From Planctomycetota bacterium (GTDB taxonomy: Bacteria > Planctomycetota > UBA8108 > SXIK01): a stretch of 64,000 bases of DNA. This document shows positions 28,879-39,106 of the stretch, piece by piece. Under the pieces are notes generated by a model. It ran no database searches. It had not been told where the DNA came from and saw nothing but the letters and a program-made list of their open reading frames with translations. The translations under genes and the position numbers were made by a program. Position 1 is the first letter of the stretch. The number at the start of each line of letters is the position of its first letter. The stretch lies in NCBI GenBank assembly GCA_965223845.1, contig CBDCXR010000004.1, positions 7,776,001 through 7,840,000 on the forward strand, given 5' to 3'.

Positions 28879-29756
28879 ACCGGTACCGAACGACCGCAGG
28901 ACTTTTCGGTGCGTGGGCGCTTCTCGCGTCGGCGCCCGCCGTGCTCGCCACAGACTCGGCGCAGGTGTTTCTCTCCGTCGAGGTGTTCCGTGTGCGCGGA
29001 AACGTCAGTGGCACGACGTCGCTCACGGACGACATATGGGCGGGCCTCGACACCCCTAACCGCTCGGCCAAACAAGGAGCGTTCATCTTTTTTACTCGTG
29101 CGAGTCTCGATCTCGGCGGGACGAAGCTCGAAACCGACGAGAAGGGCTGGCGCTGGAACGGGGCGAAGAGACCGCGCAGTAAGACCCCGTTTCCGGGCGT
29201 GGAAACGCTGGCGACGCCGTTTGTCCTCGCGAGCTTCGGCGAGCGATTCGAATTGGAGATCGTCGCGAGTCAGCCGATCGAGTACTTCGCCCGGCGCGGC
29301 GACGGACTCTACGAGCTGAAGTCGGTCGATCGGCGACCGGGCGTCTATCTCTCCGGCGCCGCCGAGCGCGGCCCGAACGGCCGCATCGTGCTGCGCAACC
29401 TGGGTCTCCTCCTCCGCGCCGTTTCGAAGCGGGAGCCGATCGAGGGTGTCTCGCTGAATGTCGGGAAGCCGGTGTTCAGCGAAGAACAGCTGTCGACGAC
29501 GATGAGCCTGCAGCCGGGACGAGCCTACGGGATTCAGTACCTCACGCGGACGGGCGGCGTGCTCTTTCTGCGCGTGGTCACCGAGGTCGTGGATGCCGAC
29601 ACGCGCATACCGATCCCGAGCGACGTCGAGGACCGTCGGGCTTCCGAGAAGGACACCGAAACTCCGACGAAAGTCCCCGATCGAGCTCGCCGCGCGTCGT
29701 CGAATCCAAGCCCGGGGGCCGGCGCGGGAGAGAAGAACTCCGAGCCGCCCCGGTAA
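28875..29756 (+). CDS. secreted hypothetical protein
   Basis: ATGA coupling; signal peptide MNRYRTTAGLFGAWALLASAPAVLA. Confidence 0.7.
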   Translation: MNRYRTTAGLFGAWALLASAPAVLATDSAQVFLSVEVFRVRGNVSGTTSLTDDIWAGLDTPNRSAKQGAFIFFTRASLDLGGTKLETDEKGWRWNGAKRPRSKTPFPGVETLATPFVLASFGERFELEIVASQPIEYFARRGDGLYELKSVDRRPGVYLSGAAERGPNGRIVLRNLGLLLRAVSKREPIEGVSLNVGKPVFSEEQLSTTMSLQPGRAYGIQYLTRTGGVLFLRVVTEVVDADTRIPIPSDVEDRRASEKDTETPTKVPDRARRASSNPSPGAGAGEKNSEPPR

Positions 29757-29783
29757 CTCTCTGGCTCTCGGGCGCCCGGAGGA

Positions 29784-30920
29784 TCACTCCTCTCTACCGA
29801 GGGCGCGCGAGACCGCCGCGAACACCTGCTTCGGCGAAATCAACGTCATGCAGATTCGGTGCTCGCAGCGGCGCAGCGTACAGGGACTGCACGGTGCGGA
29901 GCTCGTAACGACTTCTCCGCGGCGCGGATAGGGCGCAAATACGGCGGGGTCTTTCGGCCCGTAGAGGCCGACCGTGGGCGTGCCGCACATCGCGGCGATC
30001 GGGAGGGCGCCCGTGTCGGCGGCGACGACGAGGTCCGCCGCGCGAAGGAGCGCGGCAAAACGTCGGAGATCGATCAGTTCGCCGAGCACGGTCGGGCGGT
30101 CGATCGATCGGCAAAGTTCTTCTTCACCGGGACCCCACGTGAGAAGTGTCCGCGCGGGCAGCTCGTGGAGCTGATCGATTAGCGCGCGAAAGTGTTCGAC
30201 CGGCCACCGCTTGATCTCGCCGAACCGGCTGACCGGAGGATGGACGACGACGGCGGGACCCGATCCGGGCAGACGCTCGACCACCGACCGCGCCCAGTCC
30301 AAATCCTCCTCGCGGTGCGGGACTTCACCCGTCGGACAGGGGCCGGTGTAGCCGAGCTTGCGGACGAGGCTGAGATTCTTCTCCACGCGACTGATGCGCG
30401 CAGGAGTCCGCTCTCCGGAATGGGTGAGCGGAAGGCCGGTGCCGGCCTCCCGCCGGTCGGCGCGGTGAAATCCCAGGCGATACCTGCCGCCCGACAGCAT
30501 GAGAGCCACGGCGCTGCGCACGTTGCCCTGGAAATCGATGACGAGGTCGTACTCTCTCTCGCGAAGCACGCTCGCGAGGCGAGCGAGCTCGACGGCGATG
30601 CTCGGCCACAACCACGGCCGGCGCCAACGGCGCTTCCACCGCGGTCGCGGCACCGTCTGGATGCGGGCGAGACTCGGATGGTCGGCTAGGAGCGCGGCGC
30701 CCATCGGTTCGACCAGCCAGTCGATCTCGGCCGCCGGGAATCGCTCGCGGAGCGCGCTCAGAGCCGGAAGCGTGTGCGCGACATCTCCGAGCGCGCTCAT
30801 CCGGACGATGAGGACTCGGCGAATCTCGTCGTCGGTAAACTTCAAATCGCTCCGTCGTATCCTTTCTATCCCCGCACGCGGACGGAATCCCCGGCGGCGA
30901 TCCGGAACGCGCGCCGGCAT
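29784..30920 (-). CDS. GT9 LPS heptosyltransferase (start uncertain)
   Basis: VLIVRMSALGDV, YDLVIDFQG, KRWP, DTGALPIAA, LYGP. Confidence 0.9.
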   Translation of the reverse strand: MPARVPDRRRGFRPRAGIERIRRSDLKFTDDEIRRVLIVRMSALGDVAHTLPALSALRERFPAAEIDWLVEPMGAALLADHPSLARIQTVPRPRWKRRWRRPWLWPSIAVELARLASVLREREYDLVIDFQGNVRSAVALMLSGGRYRLGFHRADRREAGTGLPLTHSGERTPARISRVEKNLSLVRKLGYTGPCPTGEVPHREEDLDWARSVVERLPGSGPAVVVHPPVSRFGEIKRWPVEHFRALIDQLHELPARTLLTWGPGEEELCRSIDRPTVLGELIDLRRFAALLRAADLVVAADTGALPIAAMCGTPTVGLYGPKDPAVFAPYPRRGEVVTSSAPCSPCTLRRCEHRICMTLISPKQVFAAVSRALGREE

Positions 30921-31236
30921 TCTCGGAGGGGCGTCTTCGCTTGTCAAAGGTCGAACGCGTGTCTTGGAGGTCGGTCGCGGCGATGCCCGAGCGCGCTGAC
31001 CCGCCTCGGTCTCGGTGGGTTCTCGACGTTCGGGACGCCCGCCATCCGCGAGAGGAATCCGAAGGGCGAAACATTGTCGACTCCCGGTCCGCCGGGAGTG
31101 GCGCGGTGGAATCCGGCGAGACGACCGCGCTATACTCCGGGCGGCAGCGTTCGAGCCGTGAGCGAACCTCGCGGCGTCATCGCGATCCCGCTCCGGCCAG
31201 GAGGCCGATCCTCTGCGTCTCCCCGAAGGCTACTCC

Positions 31237-32178
31237 GTGCGGTACTTCTCCCCGGACGGGGAAGAGCCGACCGAATCGGCGACCGGCGCCCGTCCTTCCG
31301 GAGTGCGCTTTCCCGGCGGGCGCGCTCTCGTCTGTCGGGATGACTCGCTCGAACTCGCGCTGCGTGCCGGTCTTCACGATCCCCGGGCGGTCCTGGCATC
31401 GGACGCGGTCGTCGGTTGGCTCTCGGGCGGCCGCACCCGTCACGCGCGTCTCTCGATCGAGGGCGAGTCCTGGGTGCTCAAGGCGTACCGACGGGGCGGA
31501 GCCATCGGCGTCGTGAATCCCGATCTCTATTGGGGAAACGGACGGTTCGTCCGCGAGCTCGGCGTGGCTGCGTCCGCCCAGCGCGTCGGCATCCCGACGG
31601 CCGAGTTGATCGCGCTCATCACCGAGTCGGTTCCCGGCGGTGCCCTCCGCGCGTGGCTGGTCTCGCGGTACGTCGAGGGTGTGCGGCCGCTCGAAGAGTT
31701 CGTCGGCGATCCCGGCTTCGAACAGCCCGAGGCGATCTCGATGTTCTCGTCCGCGGGCGAGCTCGTCGCGCGGATGCACGCCGCGGGGATCGACCACCCC
31801 GACCTCCACCTGCAGAACATCGTCGGGCGGCTAGGGAACGGTGGGGAATCGCTCACGTATATTCTCGACTGGGATCGCGCCCGAAAACGTGACGCGGGCA
31901 GCTGGAACCCTCACGTCAACCTCCTCCGGCTCTGGCGTTGGGTGCAGAAGGTGGAGCGGCAGGGCCGCCTGAGGTCCGAGAGCCTCGGGAGCGAGGCGAC
32001 GGGAATTGCGACGCGCGCGTTTCTTCGCGGCTACTTCCGCGGTCGGCCGGGCGAGATTCCCCGCGCGCGCTCCTACTTTCGCCGACGGGCCCTCTGTGTG
32101 GAGCTGCGCACGCGGGTTCGCGGTCGACCGGAGCGGGTTGCCCGCGCCCGCCCCCGTGCTATGATCGGCCGACCGTAA
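31237..32178 (+). CDS. Kdo/WaaP-family lipopolysaccharide kinase
   Basis: GGR, VLKAYRRGG, MHAAGIDHPDLHLQNI, ILDWDRA. Confidence 0.85.
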   Translation: MRYFSPDGEEPTESATGARPSGVRFPGGRALVCRDDSLELALRAGLHDPRAVLASDAVVGWLSGGRTRHARLSIEGESWVLKAYRRGGAIGVVNPDLYWGNGRFVRELGVAASAQRVGIPTAELIALITESVPGGALRAWLVSRYVEGVRPLEEFVGDPGFEQPEAISMFSSAGELVARMHAAGIDHPDLHLQNIVGRLGNGGESLTYILDWDRARKRDAGSWNPHVNLLRLWRWVQKVERQGRLRSESLGSEATGIATRAFLRGYFRGRPGEIPRARSYFRRRALCVELRTRVRGRPERVARARPRAMIGRP

Positions 32179-32291
32179 ACTCGAGGCAGGCGCGGTGAAG
32201 GATCCTCCGGCGCTGCGGTTGTCCGGATGGACGGTCGCGGCGCGACCGAATCAACCAATTCCGCGAGGTCAGGAGGACGCGGAGAGGAAAC

Positions 32292-33218
32292 ATGACCGTC
32301 GGCGACACCGTCGCGCGAGCGACAGGCGATGCGCGAAACTCGGAATCGCGGGAGCGCGATGATCGCTCGCTCGTTCGCGTGGGCGGCATCGACTACCTGA
32401 ACTCGCTCCCGCTCACCGCCTATCTGGCCGGGGCGGGCGAGCCGCGATTCGAGCTCGTTAATCTCGTCCCGAGCGCGCTCGCCGATGGCCTGCGGCGTCG
32501 CGAGCTCGATGTCGCGCTCGTACCCGTCGTCGAGTACTTCGCGGACGATCGTTACGAGATCGTTCCCGGAATGTGCATCTCGAGCTACGGCGCGGTGGAC
32601 AGCATCCGACTCTTCGTGCGCAGCTCCGTGCGCGAATGTCGTCGCGTGTTGCTCGATGCGAGCTCGCGTACGTCGGTGCTTCTCACTCAGCTCCTCTTTC
32701 GGCGCGCTTGGACGATGGACGCCGATCCCGAGTTCACCACTCGTCCGTCCGACGAACTGGAAGCGCTCCTCGAGCGCGTCCGTTCGGGCGCGTCGAGGGC
32801 GAACGACGAGGCCGTCGATGCGGTTCTTCTCATCGGCGACGCGGCACTCCGCCAGAGCGCTCCTCCCGGCTGGCAGCAACTCGATCTCGGCAATGAGTGG
32901 ACTCGCTGGACGGGGCTGCCGTTCGTCTACGCATTCTGGGTGTGGCGAGGCGACGTGCCCGCGCCGGCCGGACTCGTCGACAAGCTGCGCGAAGGACGCC
33001 GGATCGGTGAGAGTCGCGTCGACGACATCGCGCGCGAGTGGCGCGGCGTTCGCGGCGTGGACGAACATCGGTGTCGTGAGTACCTTGCGCGGGTGATTCA
33101 GTATGAATTCTCCGTCGCTCAGCGGGAGGGACTCGAAAAGTTCTTCGCGCTCTTGTGTGCGGAGAATCTCATCGCGGGAGATCCGCCGTCGCTGCGCTTC
33201 GTCACCGAGGCGGTCTGA
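32292..33218 (+). CDS. mqnA: chorismate dehydratase (futalosine menaquinone pathway)
   Basis: GIDYLNSLPL, GAVDSI, SSRTSV, LLIGDAAL, DLGNEW..WTGLPFVYAFW. Confidence 0.9.
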   Translation: MTVGDTVARATGDARNSESRERDDRSLVRVGGIDYLNSLPLTAYLAGAGEPRFELVNLVPSALADGLRRRELDVALVPVVEYFADDRYEIVPGMCISSYGAVDSIRLFVRSSVRECRRVLLDASSRTSVLLTQLLFRRAWTMDADPEFTTRPSDELEALLERVRSGASRANDEAVDAVLLIGDAALRQSAPPGWQQLDLGNEWTRWTGLPFVYAFWVWRGDVPAPAGLVDKLREGRRIGESRVDDIAREWRGVRGVDEHRCREYLARVIQYEFSVAQREGLEKFFALLCAENLIAGDPPSLRFVTEAV

Positions 33219-33247
33219 GTCGAGCTTCGAGAGAGCGCCGCGTAGAC

Positions 33248-34081
33248 TTGTCCTACACTCCGTTCAGCGCGTGTATCATCGCCTTCAACGAAGAAGAGAA
33301 CCTGCCGGACGCGCTAGCGAGCGTCGCGTTCGCCGACGAAATCGTCGTCGTTGACTCCCACTCGACCGATTCGACTCGCGAGATCGCGGCGAACTTTCGC
33401 GGTCGAGCGCGCGACGGGCGCGAGGTGGCGCCGAAGGTGATCGAACGCGATTGGCCGGGTCACGTTGAGCAGAAGAACTTCGCGATCGATGCCGCCGCGC
33501 ACGACTGGGTTCTCTGCGTCGATGCCGATGAACGCGTATCGGACGAGCTACGGACGGAGATCGTCGACGTTCTCGCCGGCGACTCGCCGAGCGCGGATGC
33601 CTACAGCATGCCGCGGCGCACGTTCTATCTCGGCCGCTGGATCCGGCGCGGTGGCTGGTACCCGGACCGAAAGGTCCGGCTCTTCCGGCGCAGCCGCGGT
33701 CGGTGGGGGGGGGTGAATCCCCACGACCACGTCTACTCCGAGGGGAAGGAGGTCCAGCTTCGAGGAGACCTTCTTCACTACAGCTACCGCGACATGGCGC
33801 AGCATCTGAGGACGATCAACTTTTTCACCGACATCGCGGCCGACGAGAAGCTGCGACGCGGGGCTCGGTTCGCGGTGCTGCGGATGATCACTCACCCGCC
33901 CGCGAAGTTCTTCAAAATGTACTTTCTCCAGCAGGGGTTTCGCGAAGGAGTCGCTGGCTTCCTCATCGCGGGCCTCGGCGCGTTCTACGTTTTTCTCAAG
34001 TACGCGAAGCTCTGGGAGAAGCGCGAACGCGCCTGGAAGGAACCCGACGTTGCGCATACTGCATCTGGTCTCGAATCATAA
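33248..34081 (+). CDS. GT2 glycosyltransferase (LPS beta-1,4-glucosyltransferase-like)
   Basis: CIIAFNEE, VVDSHSTD, QKNFA, VDADE, WYPD...RLF. Confidence 0.9.
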   Translation: MSYTPFSACIIAFNEEENLPDALASVAFADEIVVVDSHSTDSTREIAANFRGRARDGREVAPKVIERDWPGHVEQKNFAIDAAAHDWVLCVDADERVSDELRTEIVDVLAGDSPSADAYSMPRRTFYLGRWIRRGGWYPDRKVRLFRRSRGRWGGVNPHDHVYSEGKEVQLRGDLLHYSYRDMAQHLRTINFFTDIAADEKLRRGARFAVLRMITHPPAKFFKMYFLQQGFREGVAGFLIAGLGAFYVFLKYAKLWEKRERAWKEPDVAHTASGLES

Positions 34082-35183
34082 ATTGACCGGCCCCGTCGAT
34101 CCGGCGATCCGTCTGGCGAGCGCCCTCCGGGAGATCGGCGTCGAGTCGGAAGTCGCGGTCGGGCGCCCGGAGCTCGGTCCGGGACCGATCGACGATCTCG
34201 TGCGCGAGCGCGGACTCGAGCCGGTGACCGCTCTTCGGCTGCCGAAGCACCGGCGGTTCTTCGCGAATCGGCACGACGTCGGCGTCCTCGTCGAACGACT
34301 CGGCCGCGGGCCAGTCGACGTGCTGCATGCGCATCTCGACAACGCGCATCGGACCGCCGTCCGCGCGGCGCGGCGTCTCCCGGTCGAGCGCCGACCCAGA
34401 ATCGTGCGAACCCTCTACGATGACGCGGTCGGCCCGGCGAGCGGGGAGATCCGTTCGCTCTACGCTGCGACCACCGGCGTGTTCGTCTTCGGCGACCGAG
34501 TACGGGACGGGGTCGCCGAGGAGCTAGGCGTTCCGCGCGAACGAATCCGGCGAATCGAGGGCGCCGTCGTCACGGAGCGCTTTCGTCCGCGGTCCCACGA
34601 CGAGAGCCTGCGCGATCGACTCGAGCTCCCGCAGGACGCCGTCGTCGCCGGGATCGTTGCCCGCATCCAGCCGCACCGCCGTTACGAGCTTCTGTTCGAG
34701 GCCGTGCGCGAGGTGATGGCGGAGCAGCCAAATTTCTACCTGCTCGTTCTCGGCCGGGGCACGCGCGCGCAAGAGATCGCGCACGAATCGGTGCGGGCGC
34801 TCGGCATCGAGGAACGAGTGCGCCTCCCGGGTTACATCGGAGGCGACGACTACCCGCGGGCGCTCGCTTGCTTCGACTTCAAGATCTTCCTCGTTCCGGG
34901 AAGCGACGGCACCTGCCGCGCGGTGCGCGAAGCCATGGCGACGGGCGTGCCCGTGATCGCGTCGCGCCGCGGACTCCTTCCGGAAATGATTCGCGACGGT
35001 GTCGACGGAATCCTCGTGGAGGAAACGACGACCGCCCTGACGAGCGCTCTTCTCCGGCTCGCAGCGGACGCTGAGTATCGCCGCGAGTTGGGCGCGAACG
35101 CCCTCTCGCGCGCGCGGAGCGACTTCTGTCAGACGAGCCAGGCGCGAAGCGTTCTCGACGCCTACCGCGATTGGAGCGCGTAG
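34050..35183 (+). CDS. GT4 glycosyltransferase
   Basis: RILHL, DVLHAH, VARI, REAMATGVPVIAS..G..E...DG..GILV. Confidence 0.9.
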   Translation: MRILHLVSNHKLTGPVDPAIRLASALREIGVESEVAVGRPELGPGPIDDLVRERGLEPVTALRLPKHRRFFANRHDVGVLVERLGRGPVDVLHAHLDNAHRTAVRAARRLPVERRPRIVRTLYDDAVGPASGEIRSLYAATTGVFVFGDRVRDGVAEELGVPRERIRRIEGAVVTERFRPRSHDESLRDRLELPQDAVVAGIVARIQPHRRYELLFEAVREVMAEQPNFYLLVLGRGTRAQEIAHESVRALGIEERVRLPGYIGGDDYPRALACFDFKIFLVPGSDGTCRAVREAMATGVPVIASRRGLLPEMIRDGVDGILVEETTTALTSALLRLAADAEYRRELGANALSRARSDFCQTSQARSVLDAYRDWSA

Positions 35184-35317
35184 GGAACTCCGTCTCTGAG
35201 TTTCCGGACGGCGGCGTCATTCGCTCAACAGTCGGGCGGCGTCGAATCCCGATACCTCGTTGGGGGCTGTTCGGGCGTCGCCTCCGGCGGAGGGTTCGGC
35301 TAAGGAACGAGCGATCT

Positions 35318-35842
35318 ATGAGCATTCTCGGCCACATCGATGATATGCCGCTTGCGGATGTGCTTCAGATGGTGAGCGCCGGGAAGGGGTCGGGAGTCCT
35401 CACGCTCGTCTGCCGCGAGGGAACCGGCCGGATGCTTCTCAATCGCGGCCGGGTCATTTTCGCCGGCTCGGATGTGCGGAAACGACTCGGCGCGCTTCTC
35501 GTCGAGCGCGGTCTCGTGTCGTTTCAAGACCTCAACCTCGCGCTCAAGCAGCAGAAGACCGAGCGCGAAGCGCGACCGGTCGGCACGATTCTCGTCGAGA
35601 ACGGCGTCATCCGCCGAGACCAACTCGAAGCCGTCCTCCGGCCGCACATGATCGCGGTGTTCTCGGATTTCCTTCGCTGGAAGAAGGGGATCTTCTACTT
35701 CGAGAAGAACTGGCTTCTAGCCAGCGAGATGGTGGGGCAGGAGGGGATCAAGGTCGAGTCGATCCTTCTCGAAGCCGCGCGGCTCTCCGACGAGATCGAA
35801 GAGGTCAAGACGACCGACGAGGTCCCCGAGCTCTGGCCCTGA
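35318..35842 (+). CDS. DUF4388 (PatA-N-like) domain protein
   Basis: ILGHIDDMPLADVLQMV..GKGSGVL...RLGALLV..GL...W..G.F.F...ILLEAARLSDE. Confidence 0.85.
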   Translation: MSILGHIDDMPLADVLQMVSAGKGSGVLTLVCREGTGRMLLNRGRVIFAGSDVRKRLGALLVERGLVSFQDLNLALKQQKTEREARPVGTILVENGVIRRDQLEAVLRPHMIAVFSDFLRWKKGIFYFEKNWLLASEMVGQEGIKVESILLEAARLSDEIEEVKTTDEVPELWP

Positions 35843-35985
35843 ACCGGGCCGGAACCTGAGCTCGCGGTCACGACCTCGAATCGAGGGTGCAGCCCCGCCG
35901 CGGCGTCTCGTGCATCGCGGCGAAGGTGCCGGGAACGGGACTCCGGCGACAACGTGTCGTCGAGCTCGAAACTACCACGCGCGGC

Positions 35986-36681
35986 TCACGTCCTCGCGGG
36001 ACGAGCGCGGTAGAGGAAGTGGTAGGCGAAGTTCCGCGGGAGGAGTCGCTTCCACCACTTGAAGCGGTTGTAGGGGAGGATCTCGTCGACGGCGAGGCCG
36101 TTGGCCTCGAGCAGGTCGCGCCACTCGTGAATCGTCGCGAAGCGATCGACGATCTGGTGGTGATTCGGGCCGTAGCCGGTGCGCCAAACGCGCCAGATGC
36201 TTCCCGAATAGTAGCTGTTCGGGAGGAGGATCCAGACCGTGCCATCCGCGCGGCACACTCGAGCGAGCTCGCGCGCGCCGCGTTCGGGGTCGAGAAAGTG
36301 CTCGAGGTTTCCGCTGCAGAGAACGATGTCGAAACTCGCGCTCGCGAACGGGAGCCGCTCTCCCTGGCCGAGTACACGGCGAGCTTCGGGAGCGGCGCGA
36401 CGCACGAACGCGAGAGCGGCGTCGGAGAGATCGAGCGCGACCATCGACCGCAGGTCTCCGCCAGCGGTCGCGAGCATCGCGCGCGCGAGCTCGCCTTGAC
36501 CGCAGCCGGCGTCGAGCACATGCGCATCGGCGCGTCGTCCCGGTTCGAGGTGGGCGAGTGCGCGGCGGGTGAGCCACCGGTAGTAGCGCGGTGAGTCGCC
36601 GAGGGGGGCGCGGACGTAGCGTTCGTTGTACGCGCGGCGCACCGCGGCGAGGGACGGATTCGGCCCGCGGGGGCGCTTCAA
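35986..36681 (-). CDS. class I SAM-dependent methyltransferase
   Basis: VLDAGCGQG, LDLS, LPFASASFD, LEHFLDP. Confidence 0.9.
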   Translation of the reverse strand: MKRPRGPNPSLAAVRRAYNERYVRAPLGDSPRYYRWLTRRALAHLEPGRRADAHVLDAGCGQGELARAMLATAGGDLRSMVALDLSDAALAFVRRAAPEARRVLGQGERLPFASASFDIVLCSGNLEHFLDPERGARELARVCRADGTVWILLPNSYYSGSIWRVWRTGYGPNHHQIVDRFATIHEWRDLLEANGLAVDEILPYNRFKWWKRLLPRNFAYHFLYRARPART

Positions 36682-37697
36682 TCTCGGGGCTCCGCAGCGG
36701 CTCGTTTCGCGTGGTAGCCGTCCCAGCCGCGCACCAGATTCGAACCGACCGCGGCGAGCGCGGCGGCGCCGAGTGGCGCGTCCGCATCGATGCGAATCGC
36801 CTCCTCCACCGTGAATCCCGCGCCGCGCAGCTCGTCGAGCGCGCGTGCAGCGTCTTCATCGGGACCGGAAACGAATCGCTCGATCGTCGAGTACCCGCTT
36901 TGCGCCGCACGCCGGCGAGTCCAGCCGCTCGGCGCCGAGGCGTCGTTCGTCGAGGCGACTCCGAAGCGCCACCGGTCCCCGGTGTCCGGACTTCGCGTAC
37001 GCCACAGCATCGTGCGCGCGAGATCGGCGACGCCGACGAACTCCGCGTCGCGCTCGTGCGCGCCCGCGACCACCCACGTCCCGCCCGGGAGGCTCGTCTG
37101 GCGGACTCCGTCCTCGCTCAGTCGTCCGGTGACCGCTTCTGAGCTGAACACGGGGACGAGCCATTCGTCACGCCAGCCGGCTGCTCGCGCCGCGTCTTCG
37201 TTCCATCGCTCTCCCGAGGCGAGGAAACCGAGGCGATCGACATCGGTGACATCGGTGGCGAGCGCTCCACTGAGAGCGAAGCGCAGGTAGTCCTTCGGTG
37301 CGAGGACGACGCTCGTTCGCTCCGCTGCCCGAGGATCGCTGGCGAACGCCGTCGCGACGTCCGCCGCGACGCTCTCTGCCGGGAGGCAATGGAGCGGGCC
37401 CGACGGCTCGTAGTTCACGTCGAGCGCGATCCAGCCACTCGGCGCGGAAAGGGCGAGCCCCCACAGCTTGCGCGACTTGACCGGCAGCTCGAAGTACGCC
37501 TCCTGAAGCGCGAACGCCCCGGCGCGGACCCACTCCGCCGGCGGGATCTCGACGCGCTGAGGGCGTGCGTCTCCGGCGGCGACCTCACGCGCGTTCACAA
37601 CCGGAACCGACGCGCGGCTCCACTCCGCGAGGTCGCGGCCGAGTGCGACCGCCGTCGCTCGAGTCGCGTCGACGTGGAGACCGAAGAACTGAATCAT
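36678..37697 (-). CDS. shortened, degenerate FGGY (xylulokinase-like) protein
   Basis: PKDYLRFALSGALATDVTD, VTGRL, VVAGA and GAAALAAVG match FGGY kinases; the catalytic motifs are altered. Confidence 0.7.
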   Translation of the reverse strand: MIQFFGLHVDATRATAVALGRDLAEWSRASVPVVNAREVAAGDARPQRVEIPPAEWVRAGAFALQEAYFELPVKSRKLWGLALSAPSGWIALDVNYEPSGPLHCLPAESVAADVATAFASDPRAAERTSVVLAPKDYLRFALSGALATDVTDVDRLGFLASGERWNEDAARAAGWRDEWLVPVFSSEAVTGRLSEDGVRQTSLPGGTWVVAGAHERDAEFVGVADLARTMLWRTRSPDTGDRWRFGVASTNDASAPSGWTRRRAAQSGYSTIERFVSGPDEDAARALDELRGAGFTVEEAIRIDADAPLGAAALAAVGSNLVRGWDGYHAKRAAAEPRD

Positions 37698-37910
37698 GGT
37701 GGAACCGTCTGTCTGAGAACGGATTCGAAGAGGAGGATGACTCCATCCCGGGCGGCGCCTCGGCCGGCCTGCGATTCGCGTCGAAGGGGATTCGCGCCGA
37801 ACGGATCTGAAGCGCGTTCGAAGCCAGCTTGGGATCAGGCCAGCGACGCACGTTCGGGTGCGATTCGCGCTCCGCGATGTCGTCCGAGAGTCTGGTGAGA
37901 GCTACGGAGA

Positions 37911-38897
37911 CTAGAGGAGGTCCCGGACGACGTCGCGCTCTTCCTCGAGTTCGGCGATCGTCGTCGCGAGCTTGTCGCGGCAGTAGCCGTCGAGCTCGAG
38001 TCCCTCGACGATCTCCCAGCGGCCGTTGGATACGCGGACGGGAAACGACGAGATCAGTCCTTCGGGCACGCCGTAGCTGCCGTCCGAGCACACCGCCGCC
38101 GACGTCCAGTCGTCTCCTTCCGTTCCGAGGGCGAACGTCCGAACGTGATCCTTCGCCGCGTTGGCGGCCGACGCCGCGGACGACTTGCCCCGCGCGGCGA
38201 TGATCTCCGCCCCGCGCTTCTGCACTCGCGTCTGGAACTCACCTTCGAGCCAGGCGCGGTCGCCGATCACCTCTTCGGCCGGACGGCCGTCGATTCTAGC
38301 GTGGATGAAGTCCGGAAACTGGGTCGTGCTGTGGTTTCCCCAGATCGTCATCTGCGATACCGATGTCACCGGTCGCCCGGCGCGCCCGGCGAGCTGCGCG
38401 ATCGCGCGGTTGTGATCGAGTCGCGTCATCGCGAACCAGCGGTCCCGCGGCACCGACGGGGCATTGTGCATCGCGATGAGACAATTCGTATTGCACGGAT
38501 TCCCGACCACGAGCACGCGCACGTCGCTCGCCGCAGCCGCGGCGATCGCCTTTCCCTGCGTTGTGAAGATCGGACCGTTCTCGCGAATCAGATCGGCTCG
38601 CTCCATTCCGGGGCCCCGCGGCTTGCTGCCGACGAGGAGCGCCCATTGGGCATCGCCGAACGCCTCCTCCGGTTGGTCGCTCAGCTTGACCTCCGTGAGC
38701 AAGGGGTACGCGCCGTCCTCGAGCTCGAGCGCGACGCCGCGTAGAGCGTCCATCGCCGGCGGGATCTCGAGGAGCTGGAGCGCGACCGGCTGATCGGGGC
38801 CGAGCATCGCGCCGTCGGCGATCGAGAAGAGGAGGTTGTAGGCGATCTGACCGGCGGCGCCGGTGACCGCCACACGGACGGGAGCCTTGGTGGTCAT
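37911..38897 (-). CDS. mdh: malate dehydrogenase
   Basis: [44 protein letters not shown]. Confidence 0.97.
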   Translation of the reverse strand: MTTKAPVRVAVTGAAGQIAYNLLFSIADGAMLGPDQPVALQLLEIPPAMDALRGVALELEDGAYPLLTEVKLSDQPEEAFGDAQWALLVGSKPRGPGMERADLIRENGPIFTTQGKAIAAAAASDVRVLVVGNPCNTNCLIAMHNAPSVPRDRWFAMTRLDHNRAIAQLAGRAGRPVTSVSQMTIWGNHSTTQFPDFIHARIDGRPAEEVIGDRAWLEGEFQTRVQKRGAEIIAARGKSSAASAANAAKDHVRTFALGTEGDDWTSAAVCSDGSYGVPEGLISSFPVRVSNGRWEIVEGLELDGYCRDKLATTIAELEEERDVVRDLL

Positions 38898-39050
38898 GTC
38901 GAGAAGTCCTCGGGATTCGTTCATTCGAACCGACTCGCGGAGAGCGGGGATGGGCCCGCGCCGCGGAGCCGGGTGTCTCACCAGACGGTGAGCGAAGTGG
39001 GGAGACGCCGTGCGGCGGGAACGACAACGCGTCGCCGCAGCGGGGCCTCG

Positions 39051-39079
39051 ACAGTAGCTGCGCCTCCGGGGTCGGTCAA
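39051..39079 (-). promoter_or_regulatory. sigma70-type promoter for mdh
   Basis: Minus strand TTGACC, 17 nt, TACTGT. Confidence 0.45.
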
Positions 39080-39106
39080 CTGTTCGTTGTCGAGCCGGCG
39101 GACCCC

